Positions 1 to 13,500 of a stretch of 64,000 nt of DNA are shown in pieces. The notes beneath the pieces are model-generated. The model was given only the letters and a program-made list of their open reading frames with translations, did no database searches and was not told where the DNA came from. Made by a program: the position numbers and the translations under genes. The stretch comes from Haplodiscus bocki (Eukaryota): positions 7,130,001 through 7,194,000 of the forward strand of contig OZ296659.1 of the NCBI GenBank assembly GCA_965655095.1, given 5' to 3'. Position 1 is the stretch's first letter, and the number at the start of each line of letters is the position of its first letter.

Positions 1-632
1 GCAACACACAATCTTGTTAACGATAAAAACTCAAACGTTTTTGCTTGATGGTGTTTTCATCAGATATTGACCAACTGACTTCAAGTAGTCCAGCTAATGT
101 TGGTTCACATTTTCAGTGTATTTATCCGGAAAAACAATCCTTCCTTATGTCTCCGAATCAACAGTGTCAACCCGGCGTTGTTGAAAATTCCGGTGAATTT
201 TCTCTAAATGTTATATTCTGATGCTGTTTCAATATCATTGATTTTGAAGAACCATTCGAACTCATGTTACCAAGGGCTTACCAGCTGTAAAACTGTATAT
301 TGCCAAACTTGCTTAGCTTGCTTTTTTTATTTGTTGGTTCTGTTTTTATTTCTGCATTCTGCATTTATTGCTTTGAGGACCAAGATTCTTGGAAAAGATA
401 GAAAAACTATTGCAAAGAGCACATGATAACCGTTAACACAGACAAAACAAGAAAAAATGAAGAACAGTTGGGAAGAAGAAAACACTTTTGCAGTTCCAAA
501 GCTGTAACCGTCAATCTTTCAGTGTATGTAAAGTGACTTACAGATTTTAAAGTTCATCCTTTGAAGCAAAAATTAGTTTGTTGCTTTGAGTCTTTAAAAA
601 TCAGGAAGTTCCCTAGAAAATACCTACGGACG

Positions 633-1340
633 TCAATTGGAATGACGTTGCCTAAATTTGAAAACTGCTGAATCTGGCTCCTTAAGACGATTGTCTGTCA
701 AACAGTTTGCTGTGATAGATGTCCACACTTCGAGGAAGAAACACTCTGAATCATAATCAACCCAATTTTGTATTTTTTTCTTGGTATTTTGTGTACTGAA
801 GAAATTCTTCATCAAGATGATTTAGAGGATGACCAACTTTTCCGGTCCTGGAAAGCGAACGGAATATTCCGACGGTCAACTACTAAAGCTTACCTGTGTT
901 CTTTTTGACGATCCGAAGCTTTACTCTAATCAGAAGTTTCTGTACAACATATTCTACAATCGAGATGCCCAGGAAAGTGCATGCATATGAAAAAACCCAT
1001 TTAGCAACACGGGAAATATGATTTTGCGACATATATTCTACTTGTGGGCAAGGAGGGTTTCAGCTAAAACGGAGGACTGCGTTGTAGAAACGTTAGGCCA
1101 AAATTCTCCAGACGACTTGAGATTGCACAGTTTTGAAAAATTGGAAGTTCCATCTGAGTTATTTTTCGCGAATGCCTGAGTAAGAGAAGAGCCATGGTGA
1201 AACCATTTAGTCAACGACGCAACATACCCGAATGCTCCGAGCGCTAGTGTACCACCAGGGTGGAACAACTCAGTTTAACAGTGCAACTTCACGTCTGAGT
1301 TATGAGGCTAAGCCTTAATGTCTTGCGATGCCAATTCACA
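633..1340 (-). pseudogene. Possible decayed Cys-loop ligand-gated ion channel transmembrane region (M1-M4 fragments)
   Basis: Minus-strand pieces in the expected order: YSVNWHRKTL (pre-M1-like, ~1305-1335); PGGTLALGAFGYVASLT (M2-like, ~1210-1260); AKWVFSYACTFLGISIVEYVV (M3-like W...EY, ~945-1005); then a 46-nt GTAAG..CAG intron (848-893), phase-compatible with IQNWVDYDSECFFLEVW (M4-like, ~720-775). In-frame stops and frameshifts are present. Motif resemblance only. Confidence 0.25.
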
Positions 1341-2391
1341 CTATATTCAGTTTTTTTCTCGGCATCAAAAATGCAAGAAATCAAGGTATTGAAATAGCAA
1401 GAAGTCAGGGGCGTAGAAGAGTTCAGTGGTCTCTTGTTTGTTCAACCTGCTCCCACTCCCGTTGTAGATAGAATAATACTCCTTGGACCACGTCTTATAT
1501 TATTCCGTCCATAGTCTACAAATTCCATTAACTATCCAACTATAAGATTTCAATTCGTTTTAATGCAAGAGAGCCGAGAATGGGTAGAGTCGGTGCCGTC
1601 AGTATGGCTAAAAAACGCATAGGACGGAGTTGATTTTGATGTTTAAAAATGTGTTTTGGTTTTTTTCGGTATATATTGTAACACATAGCTTATGGTAGGA
1701 TCCTAACTCGCCACCTGTTGATTCGTTAGATTTTTTGAAGAAAATCGTAGGAAAATTCTATTACAAACAAGTACATTTTCGGTAAAAATTCTCGAACAAG
1801 ATAGAAAAAAATTTATACTGGGGCTTCCGAAACATCCAGTGTAAAAACCTGTCGCACTGCATATATTTTGGAGCCGAATGCAGTTTTTCTGCGCTTCTTG
1901 CGATGCAGGCAATTTTATCTTCCAATGTATGCATAATTACCGCCGATTTCGTATGTAGGTCGTAAAGATGTTTACATATAGTTCATATGCGGGTTACATG
2001 CGGTTTGTCTGAAGGTGCAGGTTCAGACTGAAAGTCGAAACCAATTCCACCTCAGCTATTTTATCTAACAATAAGGGCATACAGCGTGCAACTTTTCTTT
2101 TTTTTCGAAAAGTATGTTTTATTTAGTTTTTCAGAAACCGAGACTAGTCAGCGATTAACAAAAAAGTTTATGACAACAGTCAAAATGCCCAATTCAACCT
2201 TGGCTGCTGAGAAGGAAAAGATGGAAAAACTCTTGAACTGAAACCACAAGATGATGAGACTGAGATTGAAAATCGCTGCAATTTGGCTCTGAAAAAAAAA
2301 CATTGCCGTGTTGGGGTTTTCCATAAAACAGTATTGTGGAACAGAAACATGTCTTTTGTGTAGCGGTTAACAATGAAGTTCAGAAAAAACT

Positions 2392-2591
2392 NNNNNNNNN
2401 NNNNNNNNNNNNNNNNNNNNNNNNNNNNNNNNNNNNNNNNNNNNNNNNNNNNNNNNNNNNNNNNNNNNNNNNNNNNNNNNNNNNNNNNNNNNNNNNNNNN
2501 NNNNNNNNNNNNNNNNNNNNNNNNNNNNNNNNNNNNNNNNNNNNNNNNNNNNNNNNNNNNNNNNNNNNNNNNNNNNNNNNNNNNNNNNNNN
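2392..2591. other. Assembly gap (200 N)
   Basis: Run of N. May hide the 5' exons (TM1-TM2) of the adjacent GPCR. Confidence 0.99.
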
Positions 2592-2712
2592 CAATTGGCA
2601 AGTAAACGTACGTAAAAAAACGCACCCAGCGAGAAAATGATTTTCCTTCTTTTTTTTAAGTAAAAAGTCTTTTCTGTCATTACAAACATGAATGAAATTT
2701 CGCTTCGTTTAG

Positions 2713-2964
2713 AAGCTTATCCTCTGATGAGAAATGTCTGGGTGTGTCGTATAACTTGGACAACTTTATGGCAAGTGTCGTTTCATCTCAGTCGGTTTGG
2801 ATTTCTTGGTCTGGCTGGGGATCGTTACCTTGCCATTGTTCATCCCCTGAAGTATCGAGATTGGGGCAAAACGAAAAACGGGTGGATTGCAGTCTTGATG
2901 ATTCTGGCCATCACTGTCATTATCAATATTCCATATGCTATGTACACGAATGCTGTAGAAAGAG
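2713..2964 (+). CDS. Class A (rhodopsin-family) GPCR, internal exon encoding ECL1-TM3-ICL2-TM4
   Basis: Acceptor tttag|2713 and donor 2964|gtatga (phase 1). Peptide WVCRI...GLAGDRYLAIVHPLKYR...WIAVLMILAITVIINIPY contains the TM3 Cys, the DRY motif, the ICL2 PLxY and a hydrophobic TM4 ending in P. Confidence 0.88.
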
Positions 2965-3643
2965 GTATGAAATGAGCCCCGTTTTCCTAGGCTTTTTATT
3001 GAAAAAGTCGTTACGATGTCCGGAAATGTTTATGGGTATTGTTTTTGCTTAATGAAAACTTCGGTCAACCATTCTTTGGCCGCCCAATTCTTTTTGCTCC
3101 GAAAAATGTTGAAAAACGACTGTCAATCAAAATAACATTATAGTTACAAATTTATATTCGTAGGAATATTTCCTCCGTTATTTCGAAAAATCAGTGAAAT
3201 GAATAAATTATTACAAGTTTATAACAAAGACGTTGCAAAAATTGCAAGCAGAGAGAACGACCTGACAGCAGTTAAAAACAGATATCTCTTCTCATGACTG
3301 AAAACTTTTGCTTCCCCAAAAGGGAATCAAAACAGGACTTTTTCGTCGCTGAAAAGACGAAAACTGTCCGAATAAAATATTATCGTGTAAGTTGTGGAAA
3401 AAGTGGCAGAAAAATCTAAAAGAGCCATAATTTCGTATTTTTCGTCCTAAGATAAGTCGAAGAAAATTGAGTACCGAGATCTGGGCAAGAACTTTAGTAT
3501 AATCCAAGAGATCTCAAATCTTCGCAAGAAATGCAAGATAATGTTTCTAAATTCCTAAATCTTGACAAAAAACAACAAACAAAGATTTCAAGCACAGGTT
3601 AGCCTTTGCATAAATACTTTAACCACTCAGACTGTTAATTTAG

Positions 3644-3861
3644 AATCGGGCATGGCCTTCTGTTTGGTTGTCTTGCCTACGGCATATGTGATATTTTTGG
3701 CGGTGATCAACCCGATGGTTCCAACTGTTATCAGCCTGGTGTTGAATACCATTTCTGCCGTGAAATTAAGGGAGCGAACAAGGAAGAATGCTCCCAGACA
3801 AGCTGCTGAAATAAAAATTGGTGAAACTTTCAAGGTTGACGGAAAAAGGTCGATTTCTGAA
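3644..3861 (+). CDS. Class A GPCR, exon encoding ECL2-TM5-ICL3
   Basis: Acceptor atttag|3644 is phase 1, matching the previous donor (G+AA=Glu). Encodes SGMAFC (ECL2 Cys), TM5 YVIFLAVINPMVPTVISLVLNTISAVKL and a basic ICL3. Donor gaa|gtaaga at 3861/3862 is phase 0. Confidence 0.82.
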
Positions 3862-4315
3862 GTAAGACTACTGCTTTCTGGCTTTGTTTTATACAAACTC
3901 TTTTCAGACAAGCTCATCCCTTTTGACTAGTCTTTTTGTTACTTTCTACAGGAGTTTATTGCGTTATTATTTTCAAAAATGTTCATATGGATTTAGGCAC
4001 TTCCTTTATACAAAACCTCTTTCACTGTGGATCTACCAGACGAATATAACGGCTGAGGGCAGCTACGCGTTGTATAGGTTTAAAATTTTCAATTGTTAAC
4101 ATTCGTATATTCGACTCTGATGCCATGTTTAGCTGCCCCCAATTGCTGTATGCACTTGTAATTGCAGCTGCAGTATTACAAATTTAAGTCAATCTGAATT
4201 TCTTTCAAGTGCGATGCCTAGGAACAAGTAGGGAAGGAATTTAGAAAAATTGTTGGATATTTTTGTTCACAGTTGTTTTTAAGAGCCGAATCAAATAGGA
4301 AATTTCTGATTTCAG

Positions 4316-4573
4316 AAGAAGGAAGCATCTGCCAACCACGTGTCGAAAGTACTGCTGGCGGCATCATTCGTGGCTTCTTTCTGCGATATCGTCGCCCAGT
4401 TGATTACATCCTACTACTGGCTTATCAACCCACATTTGTACCCCATTCTATCAATTATACATTTCTTCAATGTGGTGAATGCCTCCTCGAATTTTTTCTT
4501 CTACTTGAGTCTGAAAACAATGAGAGAAGCTTTCCTTCGAGGAATCACATTTGGCGGGTTGAAGGGCATATGA
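4316..4573 (+). CDS. Class A GPCR, terminal exon encoding TM6-TM7-helix 8
   Basis: Acceptor tttcag|4316 is phase 0 and in frame with ORF 4340-4573: KKEASANHVSKVLLAASFVASFCDIV (TM6) ... FFNVVNASSNFFFY (TM7, NxxxNFxxY variant of NPxxY), MREAF (helix 8), stop TGA ending at 4573. Confidence 0.85.
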   Translation, partial: KKEASANHVSKVLLAASFVASFCDIVAQLITSYYWLINPHLYPILSIIHFFNVVNASSNFFFYLSLKTMREAFLRGITFGGLKGI

Positions 4574-7520
4574 AAGAGAATATCAAGAAACGAAACTGGA
4601 TGATTCGATTTTGAAACACGTTTGAAGAAGAATATCTATGACGAACCTTTCCATGTGTTTCTTTTTTCCCATAACTTAGTTTGTAAAAGTTACCCTGACA
4701 TTAACTTTCTAACCATAAATAGTTCAACAAATGGATGAACATAAATGAAATTCACCTTTCTATTTCGAATTTGTTTGAGCACTAATGGAAGCAAATCCAG
4801 GAAACTGAGAACAACGAGAATCAACCCATTTGATATATTTCGGTGCATGCAAAAAAAAGGGGTGAAGGTCATGGAAGTTTTCGGTACAAGGCTTATTGAG
4901 TTAGGAGAAAACACTTGACAACTAAATGAGTGATATGGTTTTTAAATATCATGACAGAGAGGCGAAGCTGCGCTTGGAAAACACCTGCAGAACCATTCAA
5001 AACAGAAATCGGACTCCAACTCAATCTCTGCCCTAGTCATTCGACTCGATTATGTGAAGCTACTCCACCGAAACCAAATCAGCAAGTGGTTAAATCTCAG
5101 CTCTCGGCGGGCCCAATCCGACATCTAGCCATTGAGAAACGCCTTTTTGAACAATCAAAGTAAAGTCATTTTAGATTTTCAATCATGTCAGATTTTTTCG
5201 CAAAAAATGAAAACAGTCTCTTCAAGCAATTTCACAGGCCGCAAGTAGTTGAATCCTTACCGGATGCATCCAATCCAACTATTAGTCAATAGGAAAAAAC
5301 GTTTTTGAAGACAACGAAAGTTGAAACTTCTCTGACTTTTCAATTACAATTCATCGTTTATTTCCTTTGACAAATCGAATAGGAAATACAAGCAAAGTTG
5401 CAGACACTCTGAGCCACATATAGTAAAATTAACGATAAATTGAGCCAAATTGACACAAATTATTGGGAAAGTTCTTTTTAAAATTTTAAAAATCAATGAA
5501 AGTAGAAAGATATTCATTTTTTTCTTCATTTCAGGTGAGAAATTTCGCACAATGACCATGTCAGTCCAGGATATTGAATTGAAGGAGTTCAGCCATTAAT
5601 TGAAGTGATGGGTGGGGAAAACCAATGCTAGAGTACAAACGTAGGGTTATGGAAACCACCTAGACAGTGACATGTCTAGAATTGCAGAAACTTGGGTCAG
5701 TTGCTCAGGTCTAATGGTCCCTTCAATACAACGTACTACCTGCACCAACAACAGGATTCGTTGGGTAAAGTGACCGTCGAAACCGTTCCACTAAGACACA
5801 AAATTCAGAAAGCTCCCCGGTCTTATCCCGAATTCCATACCAATATATAAACTATATAAAGCCCGGCGTTCTTGGAATAATTAACAATGCTACTTCATCG
5901 ATTGGGCAGTATTGCAGCTTTCAATATTAACAGGTACTCGACTATTAACCTCCTTCAAGGTTCCTCTGAAGCTGTGATCACGTTGTAGTAGGCAACCTGC
6001 AAACTGTTTATGAAATTTCTGAAGTACTAAAATGTTCCTCACGCAAATAACAGAATATATTTTTGCTGAAAAAATCCACAGTTCTGGAGCGTTTCTTAAC
6101 GTTGACTACACTCACTTTTCATGTATATTCAGTATTTTGATTGCGACTGAAAATGTTTGATCGGAAAAGAGCAGATGCATACGAGCTGTACCTTATTTTT
6201 CGACTTTGAAAAAGTAAAAACTAACGGTATTGGGGAACGTCTTAGAAACAACGTAAGTGAAAAGGTCCTTGGGTTACGTGATAACGCCACGCAATGACAA
6301 TGTCATGATTTGGTTGCCTCCAAACAAAAAATTTCATAAAGGCGTGTGAGAGAGGAATTAAACCTGATGTTTAGTTGCTGCAATAAAGCTAGTTTCTTCA
6401 GTGTCTGTTAGCGAAGTTGAAGGCTGGAGTTGAGGTGGGTGTTAGTGGACCAAGCAGGAAAACACCTCGGTAAGTGTACATTTTCACTGATTGCTGAAAC
6501 TCGCCCGCAATGATGATGTACTGAATATTTGTAAAAAAAAACAAAAAAAATCTTGTAATTTGGAAAGTCGAGGGTGTTTAACAAAACAGTTGCTATGTTC
6601 TGATCCGTTCGTAGCTATTGCAACTGAAGCATTGTTGGCAACGATTTGTTGTCTGATGTCGACGTGTTTGCATCAACTATGTGTTATTGGGTTTTGATAA
6701 GTCTTGAAAACCCCTAAATGTCACAGTCCAGGAGTACAAGACCACCTCGCTGTAAGCCTAATTTCGAAGTGAAAAACAAAAAAACACACTATTGGGAAGC
6801 TATGGAAACTTACAAATACTCCTTGTTAAATTCAGCAATTTTGACTGCTTTCCGGCTATACGAACACCAATCCTTACAGTTACTACTATCAGCAATTTTC
6901 AAACATTAACCATTTGCCGGGCGTTTTTTATTGTGAACCCCTCAAAAAACCGAATCACAAAACCCAACCACTGCGCTTGGAAGCCAGTCTTAAGTCTGAA
7001 TTACGCTTGAGGTGAAAAACACGTCATCAGCTGGAAGCCATTGTTCAAAAGACAGATTTTCATCCAAATGACTTGACAGCAAAATAAAAAATCAAAACCG
7101 ACTGGGAAACAATTGATAAAAAAAACATATTTTGTTTTTGTAGACGATTGCCAGGTCGGAACCTTAGGTCCATCTCTGGAAGCGTCTGATACTTCATCAG
7201 GACAAGATTTTTTGTCAATTCCAAAAATAGCTATCAAGAAGAGATCAGAGGGCTTGCAATCGAACAAACTGAAGGAAATTACTGAATCTAGAAGTCCCGA
7301 TTTTTGAAGAAAATGATTCCACCAGTTTGTTGCTCAGTTAAAGCACTGAGAAGCATTTCAATGAAATTTTGAAGCCAATCCAGAATCGGTCGAAAAAAGG
7401 TTTTGTAGTAGAGTTGTCTAAAACACATGATAACAAAAAAAAAGATGTTTGATCGTCAACTCCGCCGCACCTTTCCGTTCTGAATTCTTTTCTATGCAGA
7501 CGATTTATTTCCAAATCAGG

Positions 7521-10500
7521 AAGCCACACTAACAACTTGCAAACCACTTTCGACTCACGTCCAGGATTTTCAAAACTAGACGTTGTTCCTTTCAAATATC
7601 TTCTTCTGGTTTTGCATTCTCAAAGGCTGAACCAACGTCGTACTCTGAAAATTCGCGAGCAATACAAAATCGCAAATGCAACTCTTGAACATAGACAGCT
7701 TAGGATCTTTTTAAACGAAAGCTGAATAAGCGTCATTTCGCTTGTTCCATTAAAAGAGTGTTTGATATTTTTCGTGACAGAGCGAGTTTGAAGTTCAAAT
7801 TTTTCTCTTTCGCGTCTTGCCTCAGTGCCGAAGCTCATGAAGAAATGACGCCCTCGTGTGCTCGGGAGGCGAGAAAAGCTCGTTTTTCTACAAAGTAACA
7901 CAACTCCTATTTAGTTGCTGCAAAACATGCGCCTCTAGATTCAGAGTTTTCAACGTCTTCCAAACCTTTTTTCGTCTTCTTGACACGAGAAAATTCGAAC
8001 AACTGAATTGCTTTTAAATTTATAACAGGAACTTCTCGACGTTGAGTTGTGTTCTCACGGCAAGCACTGCGCATTTCCTCCAATTTTTGAATAAAACAAA
8101 GCAAATGTAAAGCTGATGATATAACCACACTAACAACTTGCAAACCACTTTCGACTCACGTCCAGGATTTTCAAAACTGGACGTTGTTCCATTCAAATAT
8201 CTTCTTCTAGTTTTGCATTCTCGCAGGCTGAACCTACGTCCTACTCTGAAACTTCGCGAGCAATACAAAATCCCAATTGCATATCTTGAACATACAAAAT
8301 TTGAGATTTTTTTGAGCGGAAGCTGAATAAGCGTCAGTTCGTTTGTTCCATTAAAATAGTGTTTGAAACATTTTGTCACAGAAAGATTTTGAAGTTCATA
8401 CTTTTCTCTTTCGCGTCTTGCCTGAGTGCCAAAGTTCATCAAAAAATGACGCCCTCATGTGCTCGGGAGGCGAGAAAAGTTCGTTTCTTCTTCTATGGAA
8501 CAGAACTTTTTTTTAATTGCTGCAAAACATGCTCCCCTAGATTCAGAGTTATCAAAATCTTTGAAAAATTTTTTGTTTTCTTGACACGAAATGTTCGAAC
8601 AACTCAAATGCTTTTGAATTTGTAATAGGAACTTTTCAACGATCAGTTGCTTTTCATGGCAACCACTACGCATTCTGGAGTGTGCGTATTGTTCCTGACG
8701 TCAACTTAAATCAGGAGACTCTCAGATAGGTGGACACTGTCGAGAACGTGATTCAATTTTTTCAAAAGCTGACTTTGACAACTCAGACGATTCTTTTCGA
8801 TTCTCTCCGATTTCTAGGATATTTCGACGTGTGGAAGAAACTTATACTCTTCAGTTTCATAGTTTTTAATTCCGAGGTTTTTTTTCTTTGCTTAGGGCGT
8901 CGAAGAGCTTGAGTTGCTCATTCAAACAATTTCTGTTCCACAATAAAGTTAGGATCTATGAGTGGCACCGCTTCCAAAAAAAAAGATCTTTGGTGGACTT
9001 GAAGTCCACAGTTGTGGCAAAAAAGTCCAAAAGGTCGGATAACTGCACAAACTGAATATTTCAAAACTGATAATTTGGATACATGACGGAATTATAAATC
9101 CTAAAGGGGATTTTGTTATGGAAGCTACTACTCTGATAACAATTGGTAGTGTAAAACGCAACAACGCAACTTCAATAGCTTCTATCAAAACTAGTTGGCT
9201 TTTTATATTGTTCCAAAGTAAAACCAGCCAAGTTTACATCATTATTCCCACGAGCATCGGCAACAACATTTTGAAGGGAAGGATAAAGAACAGACATTTG
9301 TCTCCAGTTTTTGGTTAAAACAGGACAAATTCAAAGCTTAAAGTAAAGCCACACTAACAAATTGCACACCACTTTCGACACATGACCAGGATTTTCAAAA
9401 CTAGACGTTGTTCTTTTCAAATATCTCCTTCTGGTTTTGCATTCTCACAGGCTGAACCAACGTCGTACTCTAGAATTCCGCGAGCAATACAAAATCGCAA
9501 ATGCATCGCTTGGACAAAGAGAATTTGGGTATTTCTTACTCGAAAGCTAAATAGGCGTCAGTTTGTTTGTTCCATTAAAATAGTCTTTGAAGTTTGAAAC
9601 AATTCCTTACAGAGAGAGTTTGAAGTTCTACTTTTCTCTTCCGCATCTTGCCTCAGTGCCAAAACCCAATAAAAACTGACGCCCTCCTGTGCTCGGAAGG
9701 CCAAAAAAGCTTTTTTTTCTACTGAGGAACAGATTTTTTCTAATTGCCCGGAAACAAACGCTTCTTTTTTCAGAGTTATCAACGTCTTCGGAACGTTTTC
9801 TGTCTTCTTGACTCGAGAAAACTCGAACAACTCAATTGCTTTTATATTTGCAATAGGAAATTTTCAACGATCGGTTGCTTTTCATGGCAACCACTACGCA
9901 TTCTGGAGTGTGCGTATTGTTCCTGACGTCAACTTAAACTCGGACACTCTCAGATAGGTGAAAAATGTCGAGAACGTGATTCAATTTTTTCAAAAGCCGA
10001 CTTTGACAATTCAGACGATTCCTTTCGATTCTATCCGAATTTTAGAAAATTTCGACGTGTGGAAGAAACTTATACTCTTCAGTTTCATAGTTTTTAATTC
10101 CGAGGTTCTTTTTCTTTGCTTAGGGCGTCGAAGAGCTTGAGTTGCTCATCCAACCAATTCCTGTTCCACAATAAAGGTAGGATCTATGAGTGGCACCGCT
10201 TCCAAAAAAAAAAGATCTTTGGTGGACTTAAAGTCAACATTTGTGGCAAAAACCTCCAAAGGTCGGATAACTGCACAAACTGAATATTTCAAAACTGATA
10301 AGTTGGATCCATGACGGAATTATAAATCTTAAAGGGGATTTTGTTATGGAAGCTACTACTCGGATAACAGTTGGTAGTGTAAAATGCAACTTCAATAGCT
10401 TCAACAAATCTAGTTGGCTTTTTATATTGTTCCAAAGTAAAACCAGCCAAGTTTACATCATTATTCCCACGAGTATCGGCAAAAACATTTTGAAGGGAAG

Positions 10501-13500
10501 GATAAAGAACAGACATTTGTCTCCAGTTTTTGGTTAAAACAGGACAAATTCAAAGCTTAATGTAAAGCCACACTAACAACTTGCACACCACTTTCGACTC
10601 ATGACCAGGATTTTCAAAACTAGACGTTGTTCTTTTCAAATATCTCCTTCTGGTTTTGCATTCTCACAGGCTGAACCAACGTCGTACTCTAGAATTCCGC
10701 GAGCAATACAAAATCGCATATGCATCGCTTGGACAAAGAGAATTTGGGTATTTCTTACTCGAAAGCTAAATAGGCGTCAGTTTGTTTGTTCTATTAAAAT
10801 AGTGTTTGAAACAATTCCTTACAGAGAGAGTTTGAAGTTCTACTTTTCTCTTCCGCATCTTGCCTCAGTGCCAAAACCCAATAAAAACTGACGCCCTCCT
10901 GTGCTCGGAAGGCCAAAAAAGCTTTTTTTTCTACTGAGGAACAGATTTTTTCTAATTGCCCGGAAACAAACGCTTCTTTTTTCAGAGTTATCAACGTCTT
11001 CGGAACGTTTTTTGTCTTCTTGACTCGAGAAAACTCGAACAACTCAATTGCTTTTATATTTGTAATAGGAACTTTTCAACGATCGGTTGCTTTTCATGGC
11101 AACCACTACGCATTCTGGAGTGTGCGTATTGTTCCTGACGTCAACTTAAATCAGGAGACTCTCAGATAGGTGGACACTGTCGAGAACGTGATTCAATTTT
11201 TTCAAAAGCTGACTTTGACAACTCAGACGATTCTTTTCGATTCTCTCCGATTTCTAGGAAATTTCGACGTGTGGAAGAAACTTATACTCTTCAGTTTCAT
11301 AGTTTTTAATTCCGAGGTTTTTTTTCTTTGCTTAGGGCGTCGAAGAGCTTGAGTTGCTCATCCAAACAATTTCTGTTCCACAATAAAGGTAGGATCTATG
11401 AGTGGCACCGCTTCCAAAAAAAAAGATCTTTGGTGGACTTAAAGTCCACATTTGTGGCAAAAACCTCCAAAGGTCGGATAACTGCACAAACTGAATATTT
11501 CAAAACTGATAAGTTGGATCCATGACGGAATTATAAATCATAAAGGGGATTTTGTTATGGAAGCTACTACTCGGATAACAGTTGGTAGTGTAAAATGCAA
11601 CTTCAATAGCTTCAACAAAACTAGTTGGCTTTTTATATTGTTCCAAAGTAAAACCAGCCAAGTTTACATCATTATTCCCACGAATATCGGCAACAACATT
11701 TTGAAGGGAAGGATAAAGAACAGACTTTTGTCTCCAGTTTTTGGTTAAAACAGGACAAATTCAAAGCCTAATGTAAAGCCACACTAACAACCTGTACACC
11801 ACTTTCGACTCATGTCCAGGATTTTCAAAACTAGACGTTGTTCCATTCAAATATCTTCTTCTAGTTTTGCATTCTCGCAGGCTGAACCAACGTCGTACTC
11901 TAGAATTCCGCGAGCAATACAAAATCGCATATGCATCGCTTGGACAAAGAGAATTTGGGTATTTCTTACTCGAAAGCTAAATAGGCGTCAGTTTGTTTGT
12001 TCTATTAAAATAGTGTTTGAAACAATTCCTTACAGAGAGAGTTTGAAGTTCTACTTTTCTCTTCCGCATCTTGCCTCAGTGCCAAAACCCAATAAAAACT
12101 GACGCCCTCCTGTGCTCGGAAGGCCAAAAAAGCTTTTTTTTCTACTGAGGAACAGATTTTTTCTAATTGCCCGGAAACAAACGCTTCTTTTTTCAGAGTT
12201 ATCAACGTCTTCGGAACGTTTTTTGTCTTCTTGACTCGAGAAAACTCGAACAACTCAATTGCTTTTATATTTGTAATAGGAACTTTTCAACGATCGGTTG
12301 CTTTTCATGGCAACCACTACGCATTCTGGAGTGTGCGTGTTGTTCCTGACGTCAACTTAAATCAGGAGACTCTCAGATAGGTGGACACTGTCGAGAACGT
12401 GATTCAATTTTTTCAAAAGTTGACTTTGACAACTCAGACGATTCTTTTCGATTCTCTCCGATTTCTAGGAAATTTCGACGTGTGGAAGAAACTTATACTC
12501 TTCAGTTTCATAGTTTTTAATTCCGAGGTTTTTTTTCTTTGCTTAGGGCGTCGAAGAGCTTGAGTTGCTCATCCAAACAATTTCTGTTCCACAATAAAGG
12601 TAGGATCTATGAGTGGCACCGCTTCCAAAAAAAAAAGATCTTTGGTGGACTTAAAGTCCACATTTGTGGCAAAAACCTCCAAAGGTCGGATAACTGCACA
12701 AACTGAATATTTCAAAACTGATAAGTTGGATCCATGACGGAATTATAAATCATAAAGGGGATTTTGTTATGGAAGCTACTACTCGGATAACAGTTGGTAG
12801 TGTAAAATGCAACTTCAATAGCTTCAACAAAACTAGTTGGCTTTTTATATTGTTCCAAAGTAAAACCAGCCAAGTTTACATCATTATTCCCACGAATATC
12901 GGCAACAACATTTTGAAGGGAAGGATAAAGAACAGACTTTTGTCTCCAGTTTTTGGTTAAAACAGGACAAATTCAAAGCCTAATGTAAAGCCACACTAAC
13001 AACCTGTACACCACTTTCGACTCATGTCCAGGATTTTCAAAACTAGACGTTGTTCCATTCAAATATCTTCTTCTAGTTTTGCATTCTCGCAGGCTGAGCC
13101 TACGTCCTACTCTGAAACTTCGCGAGCAATACAAAATCCCAATTGCAATTCTTGAACATAGACAATTTGATATTTTTTTAAGCGGAAGCTGAATAAGAGT
13201 CAGTTCGTTTGTTCTATTAAAATAGTGTTTGAAACTTACTGTTACAGAGGTATTTTGAAGTTCAAACTTTTCTCTTTCGCGTCTTGCCTCAGTGCCAAAG
13301 TTCATGAAAAAATGACGCCCTCCTGTGCTTGGGAGGCGAGAAAAGTGCCTTTAATATACTATGGAACAGAACTTTCATTTAATTGCTGCAAAACATGCTC
13401 CCCTAGATTCAGAGTTATCAAAGTTTTTCAAAAATTTTTGTTTTCTTGACTCGAGAAAACTCGAACAACTCAAATGCTTTTAAATTTGTAATAGGAACTT

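Noticed and set aside
2180-2689. ORFs spanning N runs (also at 60113-60535 and 62935-63340)
   Set aside because: Artefacts of translating through assembly gaps.
5606-5886. Solo-LTR-like segment (TGATGGG...TATATAAA...AATAATTAACA); also an 8-bp direct repeat caatgcta at 5623 and 5885
   Set aside because: TG..CA ends and a TATA-like box are suggestive, but the flanks (tgaag/atgct) give no TSD. There is no second copy, PBS or PPT, and no TIRs inside the 8-bp repeat.
7144-7340. Exon-like stretch after tttttgtag (DDCQVGTLGPSLEASDTSSGQDF...)
   Set aside because: No recognisable domain, it ends in a stop or frameshift, and I found no compatible neighbouring exons.
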